This document shows, piece after piece, positions 35,802 to 47,179 of a stretch of 64,000 nt of DNA. The notes under the pieces were generated by a model. That model searched no databases and was not told the DNA's origin. It saw only the letters and a program-made list of their open reading frames with translations. The stretch comes from Monocercomonoides exilis PA203. Its lineage: Eukaryota; Protista; Preaxostyla. Positions within the stretch are counted from its first letter, which is position 1. Every line of letters begins with the position of its first letter. The stretch covers positions 62,001 to 126,000 of the forward strand of contig LSRY02000038.1 in NCBI GenBank assembly GCA_001643675.2. The letters are read 5' to 3'. The position numbers were made by a program, and so were the translations under genes.

Positions 35802-37269
35802 GGAACAATATGGTCATGTGAGTTTTTGATATTTTTTGTGGAATAGATGCATTGGAAATATCAAACAAAGCATGAGTATGTTGTTTGTTCTGAACAGAAA
35901 CTTGTTTATGAACAAAAAAACAAAAAATAATTTTTCGAAAATTTTTATTCACCATGAAATCTTTGATATGAAAAAAATATTTTCGAAAATTTAATGGGAA
36001 AATAAATGGATTTTTCTTTATGCAGAATATTCGGAAGCAATATCTCCATCGCCAGCACCATCTGAATAATCTTCTTCCGTTTTTTATCAGTCTCATTTTC
36101 ATCATTTCACAGTATATCTTCAATAAAAGAACATCTTCATCAATTTCATCATCATCATCTTCTTCTTCTTCATTATGTTCCTTTTTCTCTGTTTCTTTTT
36201 CTGGTTTATATTATGAAAAACGCTGCATGAGATTAAAAACGCCCAATTTAATTGAGGATTTCACCAAATACATTGCTATATGATCAGAAATATACTTTTT
36301 TCTGGTTGCAAAACGTGGAAAAGATGCTCTTAAATGTGACCATAGGCCATCAATCGTGTTTGTGCATGCATGAGTCTCTTTGTTCACATATTCTTTCCTA
36401 TGACAGACGGTTTGATACCCGTATCCAATCGTTTCCAAACACGAGTACGCTCTCCATTTGTCTGAAATGATCATTGTTTTCGGCAGAATGTATTTTTGGA
36501 TTATAGGGATAAATGTATTTCTTTTTCTATTCGGCACAATGGTCATAAAGCGAGATCCTGCCCCTCCGCCTTCGAGCCTTTCAACGCCACCAAAAATCCA
36601 TATCTGATCCTTCTTTCTCCCTCTTCCATATTTTCGCTTTCTCCATATCGCCTCGTCGATTTCAACTATCTTTCCTTCTCCGCCAACAACTTGCTGTGTA
36701 GAATTCCATAATTTTGAACAGCACACACGAATGACGCTCCCCCAAAATCCCACTGTCTTTTTACCAACGCCAAGGATAGTTGAAATCGTTGTAATTGGTA
36801 TTTTTTGCCAGAAGCACAAACAAATTAAGAATGTTGTTCCTAATGGAGTCTTCATATTTTCAAAAAAAGTATTGTTGTTGACTGATGTTTTTTCTGTGCA
36901 TTTCGGGCACTTCCAAAATCTGTAGTTAGATACTGTCTTATTTCAATTCTTTTGGATTCGATGTTTTGGGCATATTGGGACTTTATTTTCCCGAATATGA
37001 GTGAGAAACCAAGTCCACGTTGAATACTCATTATAGAATACCTTATTTTGATCAGATATGCTTTCGGTTCCAAAATTAATAGGAACAAGTTCCATTTTTT
37101 TGTTTCGATTAAGCCCATAAATATTTGAAAAAGAGAGATTTTTCAAAAAACTATATTATTGTTGTAAACAATTTCCGTTGAAAAAAAAACATCGTGCAAC
37201 AACAGTATAATTAATGAGAATTGTCTTTATGATGAAAAAATGAAAAATCTCATATGACCATGTTGTACC
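35802..37269 (-). mobile_element. Merlin (IS1595/ISXO2-like) DNA transposon, ~1.47 kb, decayed
   Basis: Imperfect TIRs GGAACAATATGGTCATGTGAG.TTTT (35802) and GGTACAACATGGTCATATGAGATTTT (reverse complement, ending 37269) enclose a transposase frame. No direct target-site duplication is visible. Confidence 0.82.
36211..37095 (-). pseudogene. Merlin/ISXO2-like transposase with N-terminal Zn ribbon; one in-frame stop
   Basis: MELVPINF..CPKH..(TGA 36943)..WKCPKC is in frame with ORF 36211..36855 carrying IVEIDE, KRKYGRGR, WIFGGVER, IISDKWRAY, VCHRKEYV and TNTIDGLW. An acidic tail continues past the TAA at 36211 with frameshifts. Confidence 0.88.
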
Positions 37270-37690
37270 CTTATTCCATTTCTTGCTCAACGGAATGTCA
37301 ACACCAGGTCAATTCCTGTTTTCGAAATGCAAGTGCATCTCAAACTCTAGTTGTGATTCCGCTGGTTCTCTCACATTTTGTAATCCTCCACAAAATAAAC
37401 CAATTCAGTTTTTGGTTGATGATTGCCAATTTGTAAATAATGAATTGACATCAAATTCAACTTCCTATGGTGGTGCTGCGCTGTGCTGCACAAAAACATA
37501 TGATTGGATGAGCGGGTTCAAATTCATCACATTCTGTTTCTTCGATGGCAATACTACAACAAATGGCAGGGGGAATGATGTGTTCTTCAATGGCATCAGC
37601 ATCACTCAATCTCCATTCCAGCAATGTGGATCAACAACTCCAACTAAAAGAGTGTGGAATCAAGGAACTGCTAATAACGCTGAATACGAC
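37270..37690 (+). pseudogene. 3' fragment of a beta-helix gene paralogous to 29200-29580, truncated at the Merlin end
   Basis: DWMSGFKFITFCFFDGNTTTNGRGNDVFF..ITQSPFQQCGSTTPTKRVWN is nearly identical to the 29400-29580 segment. Homology starts right at the transposon terminus. Confidence 0.75.
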
Positions 37691-37775
37691 AGTTCGCTTT
37701 CAATCATCTTATCTCCTTTTTTTCAGATGAAAATTCATAAGAAATTTCATTTATTCATTTTCTTCATTCTCTTCC

Positions 37776-39290
37776 TCACCCTCTCTTCCTATTCCTTCCG
37801 CTTCGACTATGTTTGTGAAAATATGCCTTTTTTATGTGAAGCAGAAGCAATAGCTTCTGTGTCCACTTCTCCAAAACCTCATGTATTATTTCATCTTTCT
37901 GCTTTTGTTCTTTATATTTCTTTAAAATAAGCTTCATGTCTCCATCAACTTTCTCTTCTTCCTCCTCTTCATCTTCCTTCTCCAAATCAATGGAACCACA
38001 CTCTCTCCCTGACTCCTCATTCATCCCTAATTCATTCATTGACATTTTCACCTGTTCCTCATCTTTTCCCACTCCATCTGAACTTCCATATGAAGTTATA
38101 CCCAAAGATCCATCTGCTGAGTCTTCTTCTGCTCTTGAAATCTCCTGTTGAATGTCATCTCTTTGCGAAGTTCTGCAAACTTCTGGTTTTAAAGAATGCT
38201 GCTTGTCTGAATCCGCCTCAGCCTCTGCCTTCACAAACCTCAGCCGACACAGCCCAAGCGCCTCCACAACCAACAGTACCATTGCACTTTCCAACTTCCC
38301 CTGCTTCTCTTTGATTCTCTCCACAAAGTATCTGTGCGCTGTCGAATACCCGTTTTTCTCCTCGTTCCCATCACCTCCCTCTATCCCTCTATCTTTGCCT
38401 CCATCTTCTTCTCCCATTTCTTCTCCCTCTTTGTCTCCCTCTTTGCATCCCCTTTCTCCTTCCTCTTCCTCTTCTCGCTCCTCCACTTCCGCTGGCGCAA
38501 TTGCTGCTGGAGACAGAACCACATCCTCCATCCTCAGCCCCACCACGTACAGCTACTTCTCCACAATCTTCCCCACTTCACACGCTGCAACCCCTTGCCC
38601 CATCACTTAGTCGTCCTGCTTCACCATCACACGCCTCGACTGCGGCGATCGCAACACCAGCCGCGCTATCGCCGACGGCAGCAGCGACGGGTCAAACAGG
38701 TCGTATATCGATGGGAATGCATTCGCATCTGCCGCTGCAAAGATCCGCTTGCTCTTCTTTTTCTTTCTCCACCAATTCAGCAAGCAACGGAAGCTGCACC
38801 ACCAGCGGAAGCGAAAGCATCGCCGAAAGCGCCACATCGTATGCACACGTAACACACCCATATAACACAGCCAGCCGCACCACAACATATCCACACAGCG
38901 TCTGCAACGCACGTGGCATGTGCAGTGCATGCACCGCAGCCGCCTCTCGATGTAGTCCATCGCTGCTACAGATGTGTATGAAGCAGCCACCGCAGAAGCA
39001 TCCGAAAGGTCAATCGCAGGAGCTAATGATGAAGATGAAGATGAAGATGGCTGATCATCCCCCACCGCCTTCTTCTCTTTGCTTCTCCGCCTCCGGAATG
39101 GGAAAGTTGATAAAGAATACCAAAGACGCTGAGCAAAGAGACAACTGCCAAGCTGCCCCTGCCACAAGAAGCTTTTTCAGATACTCCACAGCTTCTGCCG
39201 ATAACTCTGCACGTGACAAAGCACAACAACATACTGATCACGAAAGCAAATCAACCGCGAAAGATCGCCACCATCAAGCGATATAAGGCA
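37776..39290 (-). pseudogene. GC-richer coding-like remnant, helical/acidic, frameshifted
   Basis: Protein-like ORFs 37776..38546 and 38692..38934 lie in different frames with elevated GC. No identifiable domain. Confidence 0.35.
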
Positions 39291-40722
39291 ATAGGTTATT
39301 ATCATTTTATTTGTTGATCATGCATTGAAGGTCAGAGTGGAAGAAGAAGAAGAAAAATAAGATGATGATGATGATGATGATGAAATTGAATGCAAATCCT
39401 TCAAATGATTATCATCGATGCATACAGAATTAGCAACAGCTGCGACTGCAAGTTGTTTCTTTTCAGCAGATTTAACAGCTTCAAAAGTTGAATGATATGA
39501 GGGGCAGATAATGGATCGAATATAAAGATACCACTAATGAAACACATTGACAGAATCAAATGAATTTTGAGTGAAATGGAGGGCGTTTTCTCTGATGATT
39601 GTGAGGCTTTTACGGGGAAAATGGAGGATTGAAAAGTCCATTGATTTGAATTTGAATTCACATTTATTATCCATTGTGACAAGATATGGCAACAAAGCCC
39701 TGCGAAGAGATTCTGATTGACTGAATGAAGATTGCGTTTGTGCAAAAGGATTTCTCGGACAATGAATCAAAACTCCCTTCAGGTCTCTTTATTCTTTGAA
39801 AACAGTAGCTGAATTCACTGATTCATAATTTCTTGTATTTTTGCTAATTGAAAATAATGTTATTTACTCGCTTTCATCCAGATTCAGGTCATGAGCACAG
39901 CTGACTTTGATGCCTTTTCAATCCAATCATCACGCAATTGAATCCAAACTGCTATTATGCGTTCAAAGTGCTTAATAAACAATTGAGAAAAAAGATCATA
40001 GAAGTTATTGTTGTTATTCGTCAAGCTGTTGAACCATGTATTTTTTGATGTTGGTGATGGACTTAACAAATTTTCCTTGTTGACTCATTTTGCAATGAAA
40101 CATGTTTTCCATGTCCTCCTGCCGTTTGTGTGCATTTTGCTTTGAATCATCAATTCTTTTTGATTTTTTGCTTTTTCAGTTCTTTCTTCTTCAACAATCC
40201 TGAAAGTCGCCTCAAATGAAAACAGAAAATAGAAAAATAAGACAAATAACAGAATCATTCATGCATACGCACATTAACATTCTCTGCCTTTTTTAATTTA
40301 ATTCACTTTGTTATAAAAAAATAAAAATTCTTCTCTCATCAAGAAGATTATTTGCCTGTTTTGCTTTTTCTCATCACCAAAACTCCTTTTTAGTATTTGA
40401 TGTTTCCTAGATAACAAAATTGGAAAAAATCCAATTCATGGAATAAAATGTCTCAAAATCCGAAATCCATTGAAGAATCATTATTTTCGATGGTTTGATC
40501 AAACAGAAACAAAACAATTTGTATTTCTGACCTTTTCCATCCGAGATCATTTGCATCGGTGAATATTCCTTTTTCCACACTTATTTTTTTAAAGTCAGGC
40601 AATTGTTTTTGTGGTTGCAACCTTTTCGTTTTGCAAGATAATAAAACATGTTTAACATTATCGATTGTTCATTTTGTACAAATGTTTGCTCATAAATATT
40701 ACGTTTTTTTGCTATTAACAGA

Positions 40723-42164
40723 ATGACGTTGTGCATTGATGATAAGCATATCGACGAGATTCGAAATATTCCCACAAGAGAAAAGTTTTTAAGTTTGTTC
40801 AATTTTTCAATTTTTTTTTAAATATTCAACACTTAGCTTTCTCTTCATTCTGAAGAGTTGCTTGACGATCTCGAAAATTGCAATGAAGATGCGCAGAAGC
40901 AGAAAATAGTTGAAATGAATGAAATAATTGATGAAATGAATGAAGAATTATTTAAATCCGTTTTCTCAAAAGAGATGTTTGATAAAATAGACGAAATGAT
41001 TGAAGAAAAGAAATTGACTTTAGAAAATGCTGTTTTGTTGCTGAAACACATTGGATATTTAAAAGGACTGATTAAGATGTGGAGTAACAATTTTGAAGAT
41101 TCAAAACTTATCAAAAGAATTGAAAAGATGATTGCTGAAGAAGAGAAGAAGAAAGAATTGAAAAATGAAAAGCTTCTTGTTGACATTTGCGAATGCTATA
41201 TTTCTCTAAGATCTGGTTTCCCACCCGAATTACTATCAATTTGTGTGCCTTGTCTTCTGAAAGTTGCGTTGAAGAAAGAGGAAAGCGAGGAGACTCAAAA
41301 AGAAACGGAAATGGCTTTGTTGGCTTTGAATCGCATTAGTGCGTATCGCGTATGAGTGTTTATGTTTTTCTTTTTATCTTATTAATTTTTATCATTTTTT
41401 ATCAATAGGATGTTGAACAAGAACTGTATTTGAATGAAATCAGAGAGATCTTCAAATATCATCAAGAGCATCATAATCTGACACGACTTTCCTATCAGTC
41501 TGTTTGGGAGTTTTTATTTTGCAGATTGTTCTATGATGGAGACTTGGAAGATATTATTTTGAATGAACTTCATTTAGTGAGGGAAGCAACAAGAGAGTTA
41601 GAAGAATTGTCTAAATGTATCGACTGGAAGAAAAATGAAGATAAAATGAAGGAAATGAAAGACGAAAGTGTTTTAGGGAGATGGATCTCAACACTGAATA
41701 TTTATTTTAGAGAGTGCCAAATACGAAAAAAAGAACATGTTGTTCTCATTGGGTGCATTGTTCAGATGCTTCGAGCAGCAAAGGATAATCACAGAGAAAT
41801 TTGTGAAAAATGCATTGAATTACTTATAACTGTATCGTATAACACTACTGTGGAGATTGAGGATTTGTTGAAAAGTGGAGCTGTCGATGCTTTTTTGGGA
41901 GAAATCATCCGATTTGATTTGATAAAATCACCAGTTGATGATTATTTGCAATTTTTCGAAAATGTTTGTGAGAGGTTGAAGAATGTGAATAAAAAAGAAA
42001 ACGAAGAAACAAAAAGAAAAGAAACAAAAAGAAAGGTGTTTGACAGATTGGAAGAAGAAGGATATGAAGATTGCATCATCTTATTCATCTGTTGCATTGT
42101 TGAAGAAGAATATAGAAACATTTTTTTTGTTCAAAGAATTGAAGATTATTTTGTTCATTGCTGA
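40723..42164 (+). CDS. Alpha-helical family protein, copy E (apparently intact)
   Basis: ATG 40723 (MTLCIDDKHIDEIRNIPTREKFL). Introns 40793..40855 and 41350..41408 join ORFs 40858..41355 and 41430..42164 in frame, ending EDYFVHC-TGA. Confidence 0.88.
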
Positions 42165-42874
42165 TTCACTTTTATTTTTTATTCACCACATTTATCTTTT
42201 GGTGTTTCGTTTTCTCTCTTTTTTTCTTATGAATGAACATGCTGCATTCTTATCGATGAAGAAATTTTGCTCTATTTTTGAATATATTTTATGTGTGCAT
42301 TTAATGCAAAATGTGGGATTTGGCTGAAGATTTCTAGCTTATTTCATCTTTTTTCATCTGTTTTGAATGATCTGCACCAAAAATATAAAAGCCAATTCGA
42401 AAGAGTCTCTTTCCTATCCTTTGATTTTGATGCCGACTTGTTCATTGAAAAATAGATGGGCGACGGCTGAAATTTATTGAAGTTTATCACTTCAAGCATA
42501 TCTCTCCATCAGAAGCAGCTCCTTCTCAGACTCTGCGAAGTTTCAGTTCTTTGATATTATGAGAATTCTTTAAGAACAGAGAGCGAAAAAGAAGAGTCAT
42601 CAGGCATGTTTGATGAAAAAGCGAAACAGGCCACGGAAATAATGAAACAAAATGAAAATTCCCTTTTTGTGAAAAAAATTGTTGTGAAAGCGATGAAACA
42701 AGCAATTTTATTGAGAAAATAATGGACAGTTTTGATGCATTATTATTAAAATAATTGTTGGAGTGTTTCGTAAAAATAAATATTCAAAACGTATATGATT
42801 TTAATTATGAAATGATTCAAAAAATAAATCGATTAAAAAATCTTGAGTTACAAGCAGAAATACATCACATTTCT

Positions 42875-43135
42875 TCAAACATTTACAAAATATTCAGAAA
42901 TATCCAATGATATTTCATAAAAATCAAGTTTTTTGTTCAGAAAATCAAGAATTTCATGAAAGCTTGTGATGATATCTTCGTATCCTTCTTCCTCCATTTT
43001 TTCAAACATCTTCATTTTCATCATCGATCTTTTCGCTTCTTCTATTTCATCCTTCTCTTCATCCTTCTCTTCATCCTTCTCTTCATCCTTCTCTTCATCG
43101 TCATTTCTTTCAACCTTTTCTTCTGATTCTTCCCT

Positions 43136-43174
<39 letters not shown>

Positions 43175-43240
43175 TTCTTCTTCTTCTTCTTCTTCTTCTT
43201 CTTCTTCTTCTTCTTCTTCTTTTTCTGTTTTATCCTCGCC
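42875..43240 (-). pseudogene. Isolated C-terminal fragment of the alpha-helical family fused to poly-E/poly-D and DEEK repeats
   Basis: Minus frame reads ..(E)n(D)n..DEEKDEEK..DEIEEAKRSMMKMKMFEKMEEEGYEDIITSFHEILDFLNKK..SLDISEYFVNV-TGA(42875). Confidence 0.75.
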
Positions 43241-44890
43241 TTATTATCTCTTCTTTCCTTTCATTTCTCCTCAACCTTCACACAACAGAAATCGATCTCC
43301 TGTCATCATTTCTCAACACTCCCAAATGCATCCAAATATCCAATAATGCATCGAAGAGAATCATCCACTTTCAGTTTTATCAATCACTACCCGTTGTTAT
43401 CTTCTTCATTTACATTTTCAATTTACACCCTTTCTGATTTTCTTTCAGAAAGTTCGCATGAACAAAGAGCAGATACAAATCCCTTCTGAAAGGAATAATC
43501 CAACAAGTGCAATGAAAATTCACCCACATTCAAGAAAAAATGAATTCAATTCTTATTTGATGAAATTCTTAACTTCTTCAAATATCATCAACTCAAAAGT
43601 CCCGTTGGCTTTTCTGCTCAATCTCCTCGAAGTTGCCAGAAGAGACGAATCTTGTCCAAAAAGCATCTTTCGCTCCGATTTGGAAATTACACCACCTTCG
43701 TGAAAAGTATTCAATAATCCATCCACTTTTCCTTCACAGAGCAATCCATGAGAACGATCATTTATCTTCAACTTTTTCTAAGTGAAGAAACCTTTGATCT
43801 TTTTTCACCACCACTTCCACTATTTTTTTGTGAGTCCTTTACTGAAAATCCTGTTCAATATCATCGACTTTCAAAGGATGTGTGAATTGACCAACAAAAA
43901 TGAAACTTCTCTTAAACTTACAGAAAAGAGGAAAGAAGATGATGAATTCAAGGCGCAATAACCAATTTAACAGTGGATGAACAACAGAGTGAGAATGATC
44001 AACATCTGTGAATGTTACTAACTGAAAACAGAATCAAAAGAATTTCCTTAGAAATGAAAACAAGAAATATCTGCTCAAGACGTCGCCCTGCCTCCATTTC
44101 CATTTTTCACTTCTTCCACCAACACTTCAATGTGGCCAAACGAAACAACTCAAATAACACGAATCAATTCCGAAGTGAAAGTTATTGAAATCCTGAGATT
44201 GTTGAATACGAAGAGAGAAATCGTAATTATTCCTTATTTTTTGATGTTTTGCATTGCGCAGATAAAAACAAACTTCGAACGATAATCACCTTTTTTTGTC
44301 AAATCAACAGACACTTCAAAGAAGAAAATACAACGTTTTTTGACACTTGTATTGTTTGATTTTCATTTGTCATATGATGAAAAAAAGAACATTCAGTTAG
44401 TTTTTTTCCATTATTTTAATCAGTCAAATTCCTGTGCTTTCACAAAGTTAAAGAAGAAAATATTTTTGTTTAAAAATAAGAGAAATTCATATTCTTTTCC
44501 TCAATAGTTTTTTTGTCACTCAAAAGATTGATAGTCTTCAGATGATTTAACAGAAAATATAATATAACAAAAATTCTAAGTTCAATTCGTTGTTGTCATT
44601 TCGGAGCTCCACGACAAGAAAATGACACTTTCCATTTTGCATATCACATTCATTTTTCTTTCATCTATTTCATGTCAGAAAATACACTTATCTCAAATAA
44701 TTAACTGATCAGAACTTCCATAACAACAAAGGTTCAGTATTTAAAGCGTTATTTTTCTTCGTAATATCCAACCAAATAATGTCAATAAAAGATAGAACGG
44801 TGTGAATACATTTTATCTATAGCTATTTTAAATATTCATTAGTCTCAAACTTCTTTACTCCAAAGGTTTGCGAATTAGATAAAATGAAAA

Positions 44891-46343
44891 ATATTGCTGT
44901 TTTCTGAATGCTATGTTTTCAAAAATGTAGGCAGCTGGCACCACAAAAAAGTTCAATAGCTTGCATTCATTTTTGTATTTTTATTCTTGTTGATTGTTAT
45001 TTTTTCATTTTTTCTTTTTTGAAGAATTATTTTCTGAGTTTGAACGCTACACCGAAATTGAACAGAAGCAGAAAATCCAAGAAATGAATGAAACACTTGA
45101 TGCAATGAGCGATAAAGAATTTGAATCAGTTTTCATAGAAGAACTTTTCAACAAAATACACAAAATGATTGAAGAAAAGAAATTGTCTTCTGGAAATATA
45201 ACCGTGTTGCCGAAGCATATGGGATATTGGAAAACTATTAAAAACGAGAATGTTGATGAATTTAATCGTTCATTGCTTTTCGAAAGATTTGAGGAGATGA
45301 TTGCTGAAGAAGAGAAGAAAAATGAAGAAAAGAATGAAAAGCTCTTGATTGATCTTTGTGAATGTTATTTGCTGCTCTCTAATGGTCATATTTTAACAAA
45401 TATTGTTTCAATAATTGTGCCTTGCCTTTTGAAAGCTGCATTGAACAGGGAGGAAAATGAGGAGAAACAAAAGGAAGTGGAAATGACTTTGATGGCTTTG
45501 AGTTGCATACGAGCAGAATGTGTATGATCATTTCTGTTTCATTTTTGATATCATTGTTTTATTTTATGTTTTTTTATAAGTTTGTAGAACAGAAATTGTA
45601 TCTGAATGGGATGCGGGAGATAATCCAATATCATCAGGAGCATCACTATTTGACACGGCTTGCCTATTATTCTGTTTGGGAATTTCTACTTCACAAATTA
45701 AGCTTTGAAAGAAGCTTGAAAGATATTGTTGCAAATGAGCTGCATTTTGCGAGAGAAGCAAAAAGAGAACTGGAAGAGCTGACGAGATATGTTGATTGGA
45801 AGAAAAATGGAGAGGAAAAGAAGAAAAGAAAAGGAAGAAGTTATCTTTTTAAAGAAATGGATCAAAGTGTTGAATCCTTATTTATTGACATGCAAAATAT
45901 GGAATGAAGAATTAGTTGGACTTATGAGCTGTATTGTGAACGTATTTGGAGCAGCGAAAGAGAATTACAGAGAAATAAGCGAAAAATGCATTGAATCAAT
46001 AAAAAATTTAGCGTTTAACAAGACAGTGAAAGTTGAGGATTTGTTGAAGAGCAGAGCCGTTGATTTGGCCTTGAAGATAATAGTCCAATTTGGCACAGTT
46101 GAAAAAATTATTAAGTGCTCTGTGGTTTTTTTCTGGCATATTTGCGTAAAATTGAAGGGCATGAACATGAAGGAAAACGATGAAGCCAAACGAAAAGAGA
46201 TGAAAAGAATGATGTTTGAAAAAACGGAAGAAGAAGGATATGAGGACTGTATTGTTGTGCTGAGTCAGTGCATGGCGAATGTTACGTTACAGAGTCAGTA
46301 TTATTTTATTTAAAATTTCGAACAGTATTTTGTGTTTTGTTGA
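44891..46343 (+). pseudogene. Alpha-helical family copy F, pseudogene
   Basis: 5' end is homologous to copy C, but ATG>ATA, CAG>TAG (44928) and donor GT>GC. Frameshift near 45830; TAA at 46311 where paralogs have Gln; family C-terminus EQYFVFC-TGA at 46343. Confidence 0.82.
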
Positions 46344-47179
46344 TTCATGTGAATTTTTATTGTTCTTTTCCTTTTTTTTTTAAAAAAAAAAATAAAAGTG
46401 ATAGAAGACGAAAAAAATAGTAAGTTGTGTCACACAAGTCTTCCCGAAAAAATGAAAAATGTGATTATGAATATTTGGACATTTGCATATTTCCAAAACG
46501 TCCAGATTCTTTTTCTTGGTTTTTCATTTATTTTTCTTCTCAAAGAAGCAAAAGAACTACATCATAATAAACTGTGTGAAAATCAGCTGTCAGATCAACA
46601 TCATCTTTTTTTGATAATAAATGAATAAATCTCTTTTCGAAGAAAATTGAAATATAAAAAATTTTATGTATGAAATGAATCACTCTTTTTTTCAATCCAA
46701 AGTTTCTAACCTCCTTTTTCATTCAGATATTAATCTCATGTTTGAAAAAAGAATGACACCATTTATTTTTTCATTTTATAATCTCAGTCACATTGTTGCT
46801 CTGATTTTTGACAATCAACAAAAAACCAGAAAAACGGAAAATTGTTTTTGAAAAGATTTTGTTTTTGAACCGAAAAAATAATGTTGAAGAAAAATGATTG
46901 GTACCTCTGTTACAAAATTCTTTAAAATTTAAAAAAAGAAAAACATCTCATGTCTATTACACATTTTTGTTTGCAAATTTTTTTTATTTTATCAAGCCAT
47001 AACAAATATTTTAATGAAATGTTTTCAACTTAAAAATGCATTTTTTACAAAATGTGAAAGAAATGCATGACAGATATTTGGGAACTGGATAGAAACCGCA
47101 TTTTATTCATTGCTCATCAGGTTTTGTAACTTGATAATTCTCGACATGATTGGTGTTTGCAATCAAGTCAATTGAATCA

